Shown here piece by piece: positions 20,759-38,482 of a stretch of 64,000 nt of DNA. Position 1 is the stretch's first letter, and every line of letters begins with the position of its first letter. Below the pieces are notes generated by a model, which saw nothing but the letters and a program-made list of their open reading frames with translations, made no database searches and was not told the DNA's origin. The position numbers and the translations under genes are program-made. The stretch comes from Escherichia phage vB_EcoM-UFV13. The DNA is taken from the sequence record NC_031103.1; one strand, given 5' to 3'.

Positions 20759-21625
20759 ATGTTCATTCAAGAACCAAAGAAATTGATTGATACCGGCGAA
20801 ATTGGTAACGCTTCTACTGGTGATATCTTATTCGACGGTGGTAATAAAATTAATAGTGATTTTAACGCAATTTATAATGCGTTTGGCGATCAGCGTAAAA
20901 TGGCAGTAGCAAATGGCACTGGAGCAGATGGTCAAATTATCCATGCTACTGGATATTATCAAAAACACTCTATTGCAGAGTATGCAACTCCAGTAAAAGT
21001 TGGCACTAGGCATGATATTGATACCTCTACTGTAGGTGTTAAAGTTATCATTGAAAGAGGCGAACTCGGCGATTGTGTTGAATTCATTAATTCTAACGGA
21101 TCAATATCAGTTACTAATCCTTTGACAATTCAAGCTATTGATTCAATTAAAGGTGTTTCAGGTAATTTAGTAGTAACTAGCCCATATAGTAAAGTTACTT
21201 TACGCTGCATTTCATCTGATAATTCTACGTCGGTTTGGAATTATTCTATTGAAAGTATGTTTGGACAAAAGGAATCACCAGCTGAAGGTACATGGAATAT
21301 TTCTACATCTGGATCAGTTGACATTCCATTATTTCATCGTACTGAATACAATATGGTTAAATTGCTAGTTACGTGCCAATCGGTAGATGGAAGAAAAATT
21401 AAAACAGCAGAAATAAATATTCTTGTGGATACTGTTAATTCAGAGGTCATTTCTTCTGAATATGCTGTCATGCGAGTTGGGAATGAAACCGAAGAAGACG
21501 AAATCGCTAATATTGCATTTAGTATTAAAGAAAACTATGTAACGGCGACTATAAGTTCTTCAACTGTCGGTATGAGAGCAGCAGTTAAAGTTATCGCTAC
21601 GCAGAAAATCGGGGTGGCTCAATAA
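20759..21625 (+). CDS. 9: Baseplate protein, long-tail-fibre socket
   Basis: 288 aa; order as T4. Confidence 0.9.
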   Translation: MFIQEPKKLIDTGEIGNASTGDILFDGGNKINSDFNAIYNAFGDQRKMAVANGTGADGQIIHATGYYQKHSIAEYATPVKVGTRHDIDTSTVGVKVIIERGELGDCVEFINSNGSISVTNPLTIQAIDSIKGVSGNLVVTSPYSKVTLRCISSDNSTSVWNYSIESMFGQKESPAEGTWNISTSGSVDIPLFHRTEYNMVKLLVTCQSVDGRKIKTAEINILVDTVNSEVISSEYAVMRVGNETEEDEIANIAFSIKENYVTATISSSTVGMRAAVKVIATQKIGVAQ

Positions 21626-23433
21626 TGAAACAAAATATTAATATCGGTAATGTTGTTGATGATGGTACCGGTGACTACCTGCGTAAAGGTGGTATAAAAA
21701 TAAATGAAAACTTTGATGAGCTTTATTATGAACTTGGTGATGGTGATGTTCCATATTCAGCCGGTGCCTGGAAAACTTATAATGCTTCATCAGGACAAAC
21801 ATTAACAGCAGAATGGGGAAAATCATACGCTATTAATACATCTTCTGGAAGAGTGACTATAAATCTTCCAAAGGGTACAGTTAATGATTACAACAAGGTA
21901 ATTAGAGCTAGAGACGTATTTGCTACATGGAACGTTAATCCAGTTACACTAGTAGCTGCTTCTGGCGATACGATTAAAGGGTCTGCAGTACCAGTTGAAA
22001 TTAATGTTCAATTCAGCGATTTAGAACTAGTGTATTGCGCCCCAGGACGTTGGGAATATGTCAAAAATAAACAAATTGACAAAATTACCAGTTCAGACAT
22101 TAGTAATGTAGCTCGTAAAGAATTTTTAGTCGAAGTTCAAGGACAAACAGACTTTTTAGATGTTTTCCGTGGAACGAGTTATAATGTAAATAACATCAGA
22201 GTAAAACATCGTGGTAACGAATTGTATTACGGAGATGTGTTTAGCGAAAACAGTGATTTTGGCTCTCCAGGTGAAAATGAAGGAGAACTGGTTCCTCTTG
22301 ATGGATTTAATATTCGATTAAGACAGCCTTGTAATATTGGTGACACTGTTCAAATTGAAACATTTATGGATGGTGTATCGCAGTGGAGAAGTTCATATAC
22401 AAGACGTCAAATTAGATTGTTAGATTCAAAATTAACGTCAAAAACTTCTTTAGAAGGAAGCATTTACGTTACTGATTTATCAACAATGAAATCAATTCCA
22501 TTTTCTGCTTTTGGATTAATTCCAGGAGAACCTATTAATCCTAACTCTCTTGAAGTTCGTTTTAATGGAATTTTGCAGGAATTGGCTGGCACAGTTGGAA
22601 TGCCATTATTTCATTGTGTTGGTGCAGATTCAGACGATGAAGTAGAATGCTCTGTTTTAGGTGGAACTTGGGAACAATCTCATACCGATTATTCAATTGA
22701 AACTGATGAAAACGGCATACCGGAAATTTTACATTTCGATAGAGTATTTGAGCATGGTGACATTATCAATATCACCTGGTTTAATAATGATTTAGGCACA
22801 TTATTAACAAAAGACGAGATTATTGATGAAACTGATAATCTTTATGTATCTCAAGGACCGGGAGTAGATATTTCTGGTGATGTAAATTTAACAGACTTCG
22901 ATAAAATTGGTTGGCCAAATGTAGAAGCGGTTCAATCTTATCAACGCGAATTTAATGCTGTTTCAAATATCTTTGATACGATTTATCCTATTGGAACTAT
23001 ATATGAAAACGCTGTTAATCCAAACAACCCTGTTACATATATGGGATTCGGCTCATGGAAATTATTTGGGCAAGGAAAAGTTTTAGTTGGATGGAATGAA
23101 GATATTTCGGACCCTAACTTTGCTCTAAATAACAACGATTTAGATTCGGGTGGAAATCCTTCACATACTGCAGGTGGAACAGGTGGTTCTACTTCTGTTA
23201 CATTGGAAAATGCTAATCTTCCTGCAACTGAAACAGATGAAGAAGTTCTAATAGTTGATGAAAATGGATCAGTCATTGTTGGTGGGTGTCAATACGATCC
23301 AGATGAATCCGGTCCAATTTACACTAAATACCGTGAAGCTAAAGCATCTACTAACTCTACTCACACTCCGCCAACATCAATAACTAACATTCAACCATAT
23401 ATTACAGTTTATCGTTGGATAAGGATTGCATAA
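21625..23433 (+). CDS. 10: Baseplate wedge / short-tail-fibre attachment protein
   Basis: 602 aa. Confidence 0.9.
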   Translation: MKQNINIGNVVDDGTGDYLRKGGIKINENFDELYYELGDGDVPYSAGAWKTYNASSGQTLTAEWGKSYAINTSSGRVTINLPKGTVNDYNKVIRARDVFATWNVNPVTLVAASGDTIKGSAVPVEINVQFSDLELVYCAPGRWEYVKNKQIDKITSSDISNVARKEFLVEVQGQTDFLDVFRGTSYNVNNIRVKHRGNELYYGDVFSENSDFGSPGENEGELVPLDGFNIRLRQPCNIGDTVQIETFMDGVSQWRSSYTRRQIRLLDSKLTSKTSLEGSIYVTDLSTMKSIPFSAFGLIPGEPINPNSLEVRFNGILQELAGTVGMPLFHCVGADSDDEVECSVLGGTWEQSHTDYSIETDENGIPEILHFDRVFEHGDIINITWFNNDLGTLLTKDEIIDETDNLYVSQGPGVDISGDVNLTDFDKIGWPNVEAVQSYQREFNAVSNIFDTIYPIGTIYENAVNPNNPVTYMGFGSWKLFGQGKVLVGWNEDISDPNFALNNNDLDSGGNPSHTAGGTGGSTSVTLENANLPATETDEEVLIVDENGSVIVGGCQYDPDESGPIYTKYREAKASTNSTHTPPTSITNIQPYITVYRWIRIA

Positions 23434-24092
23434 TGAGTTTACTTAATAATAAAGCGGGAGTTATTTCCCGCTTAGCCGATTTTCTTGGTTTTAGACCTAA
23501 AGCTGGTAATATAGATGTAATGAATCGTCAATCAGTTGGGTCAGTGACAATTTCTCAATTAGCGAAAGGATTTTATGAACCAAACGTAGAATCAGCTATT
23601 AATGACGTTCACAATTTTTCTATAAAAGACGTTGGTACAATTATTACTAATAAAACTGGTGTTTCTCCTGAGGGTGTTTCTCAAACTGATTATTGGGCAT
23701 TTTCTGGAACTGTAACAGACGATTCTCTTCCTCCGGGTTCTCCTGTTACGGTATTAGTATTTGGTCTTCCAGTTTCAGCAACAACTGGAATGACGGCAAT
23801 TGAGTTTGTTGCAAAAGTTCGTGTTGCCCTTCAAGAAGCTATTGCGTCATTTACTGCTATCAACTCATATAAAGACCATCCAACAGATGGTAGTAAATTA
23901 GAAGTTACTTATTTAGATAATCAAAAACATGTATTAAGCACATATTCTACATATGGAATAACTATTTCGCAGGAAATTATTTCTGAGTCTAAACCTGGCT
24001 ATGGTACATGGAATTTATTAGGCGCACAAACTGTAACTTTAGATAATCAGCAGACTCCTACAGTATTTTATCATTTTGAGAGAACAGCATGA
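23433..24092 (+). CDS. 11: Baseplate wedge protein; start moved to ATG within the TAATG overlap
   Basis: 219 aa from [10 protein letters not shown]; the track ORF extends 6 codons upstream. Confidence 0.85.
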   Translation: MSLLNNKAGVISRLADFLGFRPKAGNIDVMNRQSVGSVTISQLAKGFYEPNVESAINDVHNFSIKDVGTIITNKTGVSPEGVSQTDYWAFSGTVTDDSLPPGSPVTVLVFGLPVSATTGMTAIEFVAKVRVALQEAIASFTAINSYKDHPTDGSKLEVTYLDNQKHVLSTYSTYGITISQEIISESKPGYGTWNLLGAQTVTLDNQQTPTVFYHFERTA

Positions 24093-25672
24093 GTAATAAT
24101 ACATATCAACACGTTTCTAATGAATCTCGTTATGTAAAATTTGATCCTACCGATACGAATTTTCCACCAGAGATTACTGATGTTCAGGCTGCTATAGCAG
24201 CCATTTCTCCTGCTGGCGTAAATGGAGTTCCTGATGCATCGTCAACAACAAAGGGAATTTTATTTCTTGCCACTGAACAGGAAGTTATAGATGGAACTAA
24301 TAATACCAAAGCAGTTACACCAGCAACGTTGGCAACAAGATTATCATATCCAAACGCAACTGAAACTGTTTATGGATTAACAAGATATTCAACCAATGAT
24401 GAAGCCATTGCCGGAGTTAATAATGAATCTTCTATAACTCCAGCTAAATTTACTGTTGCTCTTAATAATGCGTTTGAAACTCGTGTTTCAACTGAATCCT
24501 CGAATGGTGTTATTAAAATTTCATCTCTACCGCAAGCATTAGCTGGTGCAGATGATACGACTGCAATGACTCCGTTAAAAACTCAACAGTTAGCTATTAA
24601 ACTAATTGCGCAAATTGCTCCTTCTGAAACTGCAGCTACCGAATCGGCCCAAGGCGTTGTTCAATTAGCAACAGTAGCGCAAGTTCGTCAAGGAACTTTA
24701 AGAGAAGGCTATGCAATTTCTCCTTATACGTTTATGAATTCTACTGCTACTGAAGAGTATAAAGGCGTAATTAAATTAGGAACACAGTCAGAAGTTAACT
24801 CAAATAATGCTTCAGTCGCAGTTACTGGCGCAACTCTTAATGGTCGTGGTTCTACAACGTCAATGAGAGGCGTAGTTAGATTAACAACAACAGCTGGTTC
24901 ACAAAGCGGAGGTGATGCTTCATCAGCATTAGCTTGGAATGCTGACGTTATCCACCAAAGAGGTGGTCAAACGATTAATGGAACACTCCGCATTAATAAC
25001 ACGCTCACGATAGCTTCAGGCGGAGCAAATATTACCGGTACAGTTAACATGACTGGCGGTTATATTCAAGGTAAGCGTGTTGTAACGCAAAATGAAATTG
25101 ATAGAACTATTCCTGTCGGAGCTATTATGATGTGGGCGGCCGATAGCCTTCCTAGTGATGCATGGCGTTTTTGCCACGGTGGAACTGTTTCAGCGTCAGA
25201 TTGTCCATTATATGCTTCTAGAATTGGAACAAGATATGGCGGAAGCTCATCAAATCCTGGATTGCCTGACATGCGAGGTCTTTTTGTTCGTGGCTCTGGT
25301 CGTGGCTCTCACTTAACAAATCCAAATGTTAATGGTAATGACCAATTTGGTAAGCCTAGATTAGGTGTAGGTTGTACCGGCGGATATGTTGGCGAAGTAC
25401 AAAAACAGCAGATGTCTTATCATAAACATGCTGGCGGATTTGGTGAATGGGATGATTCTGGGGCATTCGGTAATACTCGTAGATCAAATTTTGTTGGTAC
25501 ACGTAAAGGACTTGACTGGGATAACCGTTCATACTTCACTAATGACGGGTATGAAATTGACCCAGCATCACAACGAAATTCCAGATATACATTAAATCGT
25601 CCTGAATTAATTGGAAATGAAACACGTCCATGGAACATTTCTTTAAACTACATAATTAAGGTAAAAGAATGA
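24089..25672 (+). CDS. 12: Short tail fibre
   Basis: 527 aa. Confidence 0.9.
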   Translation: MSNNTYQHVSNESRYVKFDPTDTNFPPEITDVQAAIAAISPAGVNGVPDASSTTKGILFLATEQEVIDGTNNTKAVTPATLATRLSYPNATETVYGLTRYSTNDEAIAGVNNESSITPAKFTVALNNAFETRVSTESSNGVIKISSLPQALAGADDTTAMTPLKTQQLAIKLIAQIAPSETAATESAQGVVQLATVAQVRQGTLREGYAISPYTFMNSTATEEYKGVIKLGTQSEVNSNNASVAVTGATLNGRGSTTSMRGVVRLTTTAGSQSGGDASSALAWNADVIHQRGGQTINGTLRINNTLTIASGGANITGTVNMTGGYIQGKRVVTQNEIDRTIPVGAIMMWAADSLPSDAWRFCHGGTVSASDCPLYASRIGTRYGGSSSNPGLPDMRGLFVRGSGRGSHLTNPNVNGNDQFGKPRLGVGCTGGYVGEVQKQQMSYHKHAGGFGEWDDSGAFGNTRRSNFVGTRKGLDWDNRSYFTNDGYEIDPASQRNSRYTLNRPELIGNETRPWNISLNYIIKVKE

Positions 25673-27132
25673 CAGATATTGTACTGAATGACTTACCATT
25701 CGTTGACGGCCCTCCTGCAGAGGGCCAGAGCCGCATTTCCTGGATTAAAAACGGCGAAGAAATTTTAGGAGCTGATACACAGTATGGAAGTGAAGGTTCA
25801 ATGAATAGACCTACAGTTTCCGTACTAAGAAATGTTGAAGTTCTCGATAAAAACATTGGAATACTTAAAACATCTTTAGAAACCGCAAATAGTGATATTA
25901 AAACAATTCAGGGCATCTTAGATGTATCTGGTGATATTGAAGCTTTGGCCCAAATAGGTATCAATAAAAAGGATATTTCTGACCTCAAAACGCTAACCAG
26001 TGAACATACAGAAATATTAAATGGAACTAATAGTACGGTTGACAGCATTCTTGCTGATATTGGTCCATTTAACTCTGAGGCCAACTCTGTATATAGAACG
26101 ATCAGAAATGATTTACTGTGGATAAAGCGTGAACTTGGACAATACACTGGTCAAGATATTAATGGTCTTCCTGTTGTAGGAAATCCTAGTAGTGGAATGA
26201 AGCATCGCATTATTAATAATACTGATGTCATTACTTCACAGGGAATACGTTTAAGCGAATTAGAAACAAAATTTATTGAATCTGATGTAGGTTCTTTGAC
26301 TATTGAAGTTGGCAATCTTCGTGAAGAGCTTGGACCGAAACCGCCGTCATTTTCCCAAACTGTTTATAGTCGTTTAAATGAAATTGACACTAAACAGACA
26401 ACAGTTGAGTCTGACATTAGTGTTATTAAGACCTCAATAGGATATCCAGGAAATAATTCGATTATCACGAGTGTTAATATAAACACTGATAATATTGCAT
26501 CTATTAATTTAGAGCTAAATCAAAGTGGAGGTATTAAACAGCGTTTAACCGCTATAGAAACTTCTATCGGTTCAGATGATATTCCTTCGAGTATTAAAGG
26601 ACAAATTAAAGATAATACAACTTCAATCGAAGCTCTAAACGGAATTGTAGGTGAAAACACTTCATCTGGTTTAAGAGCGAATGTTTCATGGTTAAACCAA
26701 ATTGTTGGAACTGATTCTAGCGGTGGACAACCGTCTCCTCCTGGGTCTCTTTTAAACCGAGTTTCTACAATTGAAACTTCTGTTTCAGGCTTGAATAACG
26801 ATGTTCAAAACCTACAGGTAGAAATTGGTAATAACAGCACAGGAATTAAAGGGCAAGTTGTAGCGTTAAATACTTTAGTAAATGGAACTAACCCAAACGG
26901 TTCAACTGTCGAAGAACGCGGATTAACCAATTCAATAAAAGCTAACGAAACCAACATTGCATCAGTTACACAAGAAGTGAATACCGCTAAAGGTAGTATA
27001 TCTTCTCTGCAAAGTGATGTTCAAGCTCTCCAAGAAGCAGGTTATATTCCTGAAGCTCCAAAAGATGGCCAAGCTTACGTTCGTAAAGACGGCGAATGGG
27101 TATTACTTTCTACCTTTTTATCACCAGCATAA
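25669..27132 (+). CDS. wac: Fibritin (whisker antigen control)
   Basis: 487 aa; coiled-coil body; C-terminal foldon [27 protein letters not shown]. Confidence 0.92.
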   Translation: MTDIVLNDLPFVDGPPAEGQSRISWIKNGEEILGADTQYGSEGSMNRPTVSVLRNVEVLDKNIGILKTSLETANSDIKTIQGILDVSGDIEALAQIGINKKDISDLKTLTSEHTEILNGTNSTVDSILADIGPFNSEANSVYRTIRNDLLWIKRELGQYTGQDINGLPVVGNPSSGMKHRIINNTDVITSQGIRLSELETKFIESDVGSLTIEVGNLREELGPKPPSFSQTVYSRLNEIDTKQTTVESDISVIKTSIGYPGNNSIITSVNINTDNIASINLELNQSGGIKQRLTAIETSIGSDDIPSSIKGQIKDNTTSIEALNGIVGENTSSGLRANVSWLNQIVGTDSSGGQPSPPGSLLNRVSTIETSVSGLNNDVQNLQVEIGNNSTGIKGQVVALNTLVNGTNPNGSTVEERGLTNSIKANETNIASVTQEVNTAKGSISSLQSDVQALQEAGYIPEAPKDGQAYVRKDGEWVLLSTFLSPA

Positions 27133-27135
27133 CAT

Positions 27136-27160
27136 GGGGCCGCAAGGCCCCAAAGGATTT
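27136..27160 (+). terminator. Hairpin/terminator after wac
   Basis: GGGGCC-GCAA-GGCCCC (GNRA loop) then aaaggattttt. Confidence 0.55.
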
Positions 27161-27164
27161 TTAA

Positions 27165-28866
<1,702 letters not shown>

Positions 28867-28907
28867 TAAATATTATAAACTAATTAAAGCCCAGATTAGG
28901 AGAAATC

Positions 28908-32048
<3,141 letters not shown>

Positions 32049-32076
32049 TATTAAAGCATATTAAAGAGGATTAAAA

Positions 32077-34056
32077 ATGACTTTATTATCTCCGGGCATT
32101 GAGCTCAAAGAAACTACGGTTCAAAGCACCGTGGTTAATAACTCTACTGGTACAGCAGCTTTGGCCGGTAAATTCCAGTGGGGTCCTGCTTTTCAAATTA
32201 AACAGGTTACAAATGAAGTAGATTTAGTTAATACTTTTGGTCAACCAACCGCTGAAACTGCTGACTATTTTATGTCTGCGATGAATTTCTTGCAGTACGG
32301 AAATGACTTACGAGTAGTTCGTGCTGTTGATAGAGATACCGCTAAAAACTCATCGCCAATTGCTGGTAATATTGAATACACAATTTCTACCCCAGGTAGT
32401 AACTACGCGGTTGGAGATAAAATCACGGTCAAATATGTTTCAGATGATATTGAAACTGAAGGTAAAATTACTGAAGTAGACGCAGATGGAAAAATTAAGA
32501 AAATTAATATTCCTACTGCAAAAATTATCGCTAAAGCGAAAGAAGTCGGTGAATATCCAACACTAGGTTCTAACTGGACTGCGGAAATTTCTTCATCTTC
32601 CTCTGGTTTAGCCGCAGTAATAACTCTTGGAAAAATTATTACTGATTCTGGTATTTTATTAGCTGAAATTGAAAATGCTGAAGCTGCTATGACAGCGGTT
32701 GACTTTCAAGCAAATCTCGAAAAATACGGAATTCCAGGAGTAGTAGCTCTTTATCCAGGTGAGTTGGGCGATAAAATTGAAATTGAAATCGTATCTAAAG
32801 CTGACTATGCAAAAGGAGCTTCTGCATTACTCCCAATTTATCCAGGCGGTGGTACTCGTGCATCTACTGCCAAAGCAGTGTTTGGATATGGACCGCAAAC
32901 TGATTCACAGTACGCTATTATAGTTCGTCGTAATGATGCTATTGTTCAAAGCGTTGTTCTTTCAACTAAGCGTGGCGAAAAAGATATTTACGATAGTAAC
33001 ATCTATATCGATGACTTTTTCGCAAAAGGCGGCTCAGAATATATTTTTGCAACTGCACAAAACTGGCCAGAAGGCTTCTCTGGAATTTTAACTCTGTCTG
33101 GTGGATTATCATCAAATGCTGAAGTAACAGCAGGAGATTTGATGGAAGCTTGGGACTTCTTTGCTGACCGTGAATCTGTTGACGTTCAACTGTTTATTGC
33201 GGGTTCTTGTGCTGGTGAATCTTTAGAAACAGCATCTACTGTCCAAAAACATGTTGTTTCAATCGGGGATGCTCGCCAGGATTGCTTAGTATTGTGCTCA
33301 CCACCGCGCGAAACTGTAGTTGGAATTCCTGTAACTCGCGCTGTTGACAACTTAGTCAATTGGAGAACCGCAACAGGTTCATATACTGATAATAACTTTA
33401 ATATTAGTTCAACCTATGCAGCAATTGATGGTAACTACAAATATCAGTATGACAAATATAATGATGTGAATCGTTGGGTCCCATTAGCAGCTGATATTGC
33501 TGGATTGTGTGCAAGAACTGATAACGTATCTCAGACTTGGATGTCTCCAGCTGGTTATAATCGTGGCCAAATTTTGAACGTTATTAAACTGGCTATTGAA
33601 ACTCGCCAGGCTCAGCGCGACCGTTTATACCAAGAAGCTATCAACCCGGTAACTGGTACAGGTGGTGATGGTTACGTATTGTATGGTGATAAAACAGCTA
33701 CTTCTGTTCCTTCTCCGTTTGATCGTATTAACGTTCGTCGTCTGTTTAATATGTTGAAAACGAATATCGGACGTAGTTCAAAATATCGTTTGTTCGAATT
33801 AAACAATGCGTTTACTCGTTCATCATTCCGCACAGAAACTGCCCAGTACTTACAGGGAATTAAAGCTCTCGGTGGAATTTATGAATATCGTGTAGTTTGC
33901 GATACAACAAATAACACTCCGTCAGTAATTGATAGAAATGAGTTTGTTGCAACATTCTACATCCAACCGGCTAGAAGCATTAACTACATTACCTTAAACT
34001 TCGTAGCAACTGCTACTGGTGCAGACTTCGATGAGTTAACTGGTCTTGCAGGTTAA
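32077..34056 (+). CDS. 18: Tail sheath protein
   Basis: 659 aa. Confidence 0.95.
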   Translation: MTLLSPGIELKETTVQSTVVNNSTGTAALAGKFQWGPAFQIKQVTNEVDLVNTFGQPTAETADYFMSAMNFLQYGNDLRVVRAVDRDTAKNSSPIAGNIEYTISTPGSNYAVGDKITVKYVSDDIETEGKITEVDADGKIKKINIPTAKIIAKAKEVGEYPTLGSNWTAEISSSSSGLAAVITLGKIITDSGILLAEIENAEAAMTAVDFQANLEKYGIPGVVALYPGELGDKIEIEIVSKADYAKGASALLPIYPGGGTRASTAKAVFGYGPQTDSQYAIIVRRNDAIVQSVVLSTKRGEKDIYDSNIYIDDFFAKGGSEYIFATAQNWPEGFSGILTLSGGLSSNAEVTAGDLMEAWDFFADRESVDVQLFIAGSCAGESLETASTVQKHVVSIGDARQDCLVLCSPPRETVVGIPVTRAVDNLVNWRTATGSYTDNNFNISSTYAAIDGNYKYQYDKYNDVNRWVPLAADIAGLCARTDNVSQTWMSPAGYNRGQILNVIKLAIETRQAQRDRLYQEAINPVTGTGGDGYVLYGDKTATSVPSPFDRINVRRLFNMLKTNIGRSSKYRLFELNNAFTRSSFRTETAQYLQGIKALGGIYEYRVVCDTTNNTPSVIDRNEFVATFYIQPARSINYITLNFVATATGADFDELTGLAG

Positions 34057-34091
34057 TACGGTGCATTCTAAAGGCCTGTTTCGGCAGGCCA

Positions 34092-34099
34092 TATAAATA
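34092..34099 (+). promoter_or_regulatory. Late promoter box TATAAATA (first of two upstream of gene 19)
   Basis: exact match. Confidence 0.6.
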
Positions 34100-34150
34100 C
34101 ACTATATCCTTAATTCTTTAATTCTATATGCCCTAGGTTAAACATAGGGA

Positions 34151-34158
34151 TATAAATA
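34151..34158 (+). promoter_or_regulatory. Late promoter box TATAAATA (second, proximal to gene 19)
   Basis: exact match 15 nt upstream of the ATG. Confidence 0.6.
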
Positions 34159-34172
34159 CTACAGAGGCTAAT

Positions 34173-34664
34173 ATGTTTGTAGATGATGTAACACGAGCGT
34201 TTGAATCTGGTGATTTTGCTCGACCTAACTTATTCCAAGTAGAAATTTCTTATCTTGGACAAAATTTTACGTTTCAATGTAAAGCCACTGCTTTGCCAGC
34301 TGGTATTGTAGAAAAAATTCCAGTCGGATTTATGAACCGTAAAATTAACGTGGCAGGAGATCGTACATTCGATGACTGGACTGTTACAGTAATGAACGAT
34401 GAAGCTCATGATGCTCGTCAGAAGTTTGTTGATTGGCAAAGCATTGCTGCTGGTCAAGGAAACGAAATTACTGGTGGAAAACCTGCAGAGTATAAAAAGA
34501 GCGCTATCGTTCGTCAATATGCTCGTGACGCTAAAACAGTAACAAAAGAAATTGAAATTAAAGGTCTGTGGCCTACTAACGTGGGTGAACTTCAATTAGA
34601 TTGGGATTCAAACAATGAAATCCAAACCTTTGAAGTAACTCTTGCTCTCGATTATTGGGAATAA
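34173..34664 (+). CDS. 19: Tail tube protein
   Basis: 163 aa. Confidence 0.9.
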   Translation: MFVDDVTRAFESGDFARPNLFQVEISYLGQNFTFQCKATALPAGIVEKIPVGFMNRKINVAGDRTFDDWTVTVMNDEAHDARQKFVDWQSIAAGQGNEITGGKPAEYKKSAIVRQYARDAKTVTKEIEIKGLWPTNVGELQLDWDSNNEIQTFEVTLALDYWE

Positions 34665-34696
34665 AATGAATGGGGAGAAATCCCCATCCTGCTTAA

Positions 34697-36321
<1,625 letters not shown>

Positions 36322-36322
<1 letters not shown>

Positions 36323-36561
36323 TGGAAGGTTTAATTGAAGCTATTAAATCAAACGACCTCGTAGCCGCTCGTAAATTATTTGCTGAAGCCATGGCTGCAA
36401 GAACGATTGATTTAATTAAAGAAGAAAAAATCGCTATCGCTCGTAATTTCTTAATCGAAGGTGAAGAACCTGAAAACGAGGATGAAGATGATGACGAAGA
36501 TAGTGATGATAAAGACGACAAAAAAGACAAAGACTCTGACGAAGACGAGGATGATGAATAA
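36322..36561 (+). CDS. 67: Prohead core protein with poly-acidic C-terminus
   Basis: 79 aa; C-terminal D/E-rich tail. Confidence 0.8.
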
Positions 36562-36986
36562 TGCTTCTGATCCCTGAAACTCATGAATTAGTTCTCGAGA
36601 ATGTCGAAGCACTTATTCCTGAAGCACAGGGTCGCTTTGACGAATTGTCTTCTGCTTTAAATAAAGACGATATAAATACAATTGTCGAGAATATGCTTGA
36701 TGATGAAACTGATTTAGCGATTGCATTAGCTTCTATTAATGAAAACATGCCGTTAAATGAATTTATCGTTAAACATGTTTCTGCCCGTGGTGAAATTACT
36801 CGCACTAAAGATCGCAAAACCCGCGAACGAAATGCATTTCAAACCACTGGGCTGTCTAAAGCAAAACGTAGACAAATTGCTCGCAAAGCTACCAAAACGA
36901 AGATTGCCAATCCAGCAGGTCAATCTCGTGCTCAGCGTAAGCGTAAAAAAGCTCTTAAACGCCGTAAAGCATTAGGATTAAGCTAA
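36561..36986 (+). CDS. 68: Prohead core protein
   Basis: 141 aa; basic C-terminus. Confidence 0.8.
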   Translation: MLLIPETHELVLENVEALIPEAQGRFDELSSALNKDDINTIVENMLDDETDLAIALASINENMPLNEFIVKHVSARGEITRTKDRKTRERNAFQTTGLSKAKRRQIARKATKTKIANPAGQSRAQRKRKKALKRRKALGLS

Positions 36987-37624
36987 TGAATGAACCCCAA
37001 TTACTAATTGAAACTTGGGGTCAACCTGGCGAAATTATTGATGGTGTGCCAATGCTCGAATCCCACGATGGAAAAGACTTAGGTTTAAAACCTGGTTTAT
37101 ACATCGAAGGAATATTCATGCAAGCAGAAGTCGTCAATAGAAATAAACGTCTTTATCCAAAACGCATATTAGAAAAAGCGGTAAAAGACTATATTAATGA
37201 GCAAGTTTTAACTAAACAAGCTCTCGGAGAATTAAATCATCCTCCACGCGCTAATGTTGACCCAATGCAAGCCGCTATCATTATAGAAGATATGTGGTGG
37301 AAAGGAAATGACGTATACGGACGAGCTCGTGTTATTGAAGGTGACCATGGTCCTGGAGATAAATTAGCAGCTAATATTCGTGCCGGATGGATTCCAGGAG
37401 TTTCTTCTCGTGGATTAGGTTCATTGACTGACACAAATAAAGGTTATCGTATCGTAAACGAAGGATTCAAATTAACTGTAGGTGTTGATGCAGTATGGGG
37501 TCCAAGTGCTCCAGATGCATGGGTAACTCCTAAGGAAATTACCGAATCACAGACGGCGGAAGCCGATACAAGTGCCGATGACGCCTATATGGCTCTCGCA
37601 GAGGCCATGAAAAAAGCGTTATAA
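36986..37624 (+). CDS. 21: Prohead core protease
   Basis: 212 aa; position between 68 and 22. Confidence 0.9.
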   Translation: MNEPQLLIETWGQPGEIIDGVPMLESHDGKDLGLKPGLYIEGIFMQAEVVNRNKRLYPKRILEKAVKDYINEQVLTKQALGELNHPPRANVDPMQAAIIIEDMWWKGNDVYGRARVIEGDHGPGDKLAANIRAGWIPGVSSRGLGSLTDTNKGYRIVNEGFKLTVGVDAVWGPSAPDAWVTPKEITESQTAEADTSADDAYMALAEAMKKAL

Positions 37625-37627
37625 ATA
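37620..37627 (+). promoter_or_regulatory. Late promoter box TATAAATA for gene 22
   Basis: exact match about 27 nt upstream of the ATG. Confidence 0.65.
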
Positions 37628-37654
37628 TTATTATCTAAACAACAGGACTACAAA

Positions 37655-38464
37655 ATGCTTAAAGAACAACTGATTGCCGAAGCGCAGAAAATTGATGCTT
37701 CCGTTGCTCTTGATAGTATTTTCGAATCAGTTAATATTTCTCCGGAAGCAAAAGAAACTTTCGGCACTGTATTCGAAGCTACCGTCAAGCAGCACGCCGT
37801 TAAATTAGCTGAATCTCATATCGCTAAAATTGCTGAAAAAGCAGAAGAAGAAGTAGAAAAAAATAAAGAAGAAGCAGAAGAAAAAGCTGAGAAGAAAATC
37901 GCTGAGCAAGCTTCTAAATTCATTGACCATCTTGCGAAAGAATGGCTCGCTGAAAATAAATTAGCAGTTGATAAAGGCATCAAAGCCGAACTGTTTGAAT
38001 CCATGCTTGGTGGATTAAAAGAGCTCTTTGTTGAACACAACGTTGTTGTTCCAGAAGAATCAGTTGATGTTGTAGCTGAAATGGAAGAAGAGCTGCAAGA
38101 ACATAAAGAAGAATCAGCTCGTCTGTTCGAAGAACTCAATATGCGCGACGCATATATCAATTATGTGCAGCGTGAAGTGGCATTGAGCGAAAGTACTAAA
38201 GATCTGACTGAGTCTCAAAAAGAAAAAGTCTCTGCTCTGGTCGAAGGTATGGATTATTCAGATGAATTCTCAAGTAAATTGAGTGCCATCGTAGAAATGG
38301 TGAAGAAGTCTAATAAAGATGAAAGCACTATTACTGAGGGTATAAATACTCCTGATACTGAAGCAGCCGGACTGAATTTCGTCACTGAAGCTGTAGAAGA
38401 TAAATCTGCATCTGGTGCAGAAGATATTGTAAGTGTATATGCGAAAGTCGCATCTCGTTTCTAA
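37655..38464 (+). CDS. 22: Prohead scaffolding core protein
   Basis: 269 aa; highly charged, E/K-rich helical sequence. Confidence 0.9.
   Translation: MLKEQLIAEAQKIDASVALDSIFESVNISPEAKETFGTVFEATVKQHAVKLAESHIAKIAEKAEEEVEKNKEEAEEKAEKKIAEQASKFIDHLAKEWLAENKLAVDKGIKAELFESMLGGLKELFVEHNVVVPEESVDVVAEMEEELQEHKEESARLFEELNMRDAYINYVQREVALSESTKDLTESQKEKVSALVEGMDYSDEFSSKLSAIVEMVKKSNKDESTITEGINTPDTEAAGLNFVTEAVEDKSASGAEDIVSVYAKVASRF
38341..38348 (+). promoter_or_regulatory. Late promoter box TATAAATA inside the 3' part of gene 22, candidate promoter for gene 23
   Basis: exact match 135 nt upstream of the gene 23 ATG. Confidence 0.5.
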
Positions 38465-38482
38465 TTTTAAAGGTTAACACAA

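Noticed and set aside
28868-28907. Late promoter upstream of gene 15
   Set aside because: Only near-matches (AATAAATA, TATTATAAAC); no exact TATAAATA, so not called.
37816-38160. Minus-strand Ser-rich 114-aa ORF inside gene 22
   Set aside because: Antisense shadow ORF of the charged, repetitive scaffold gene; no start context.
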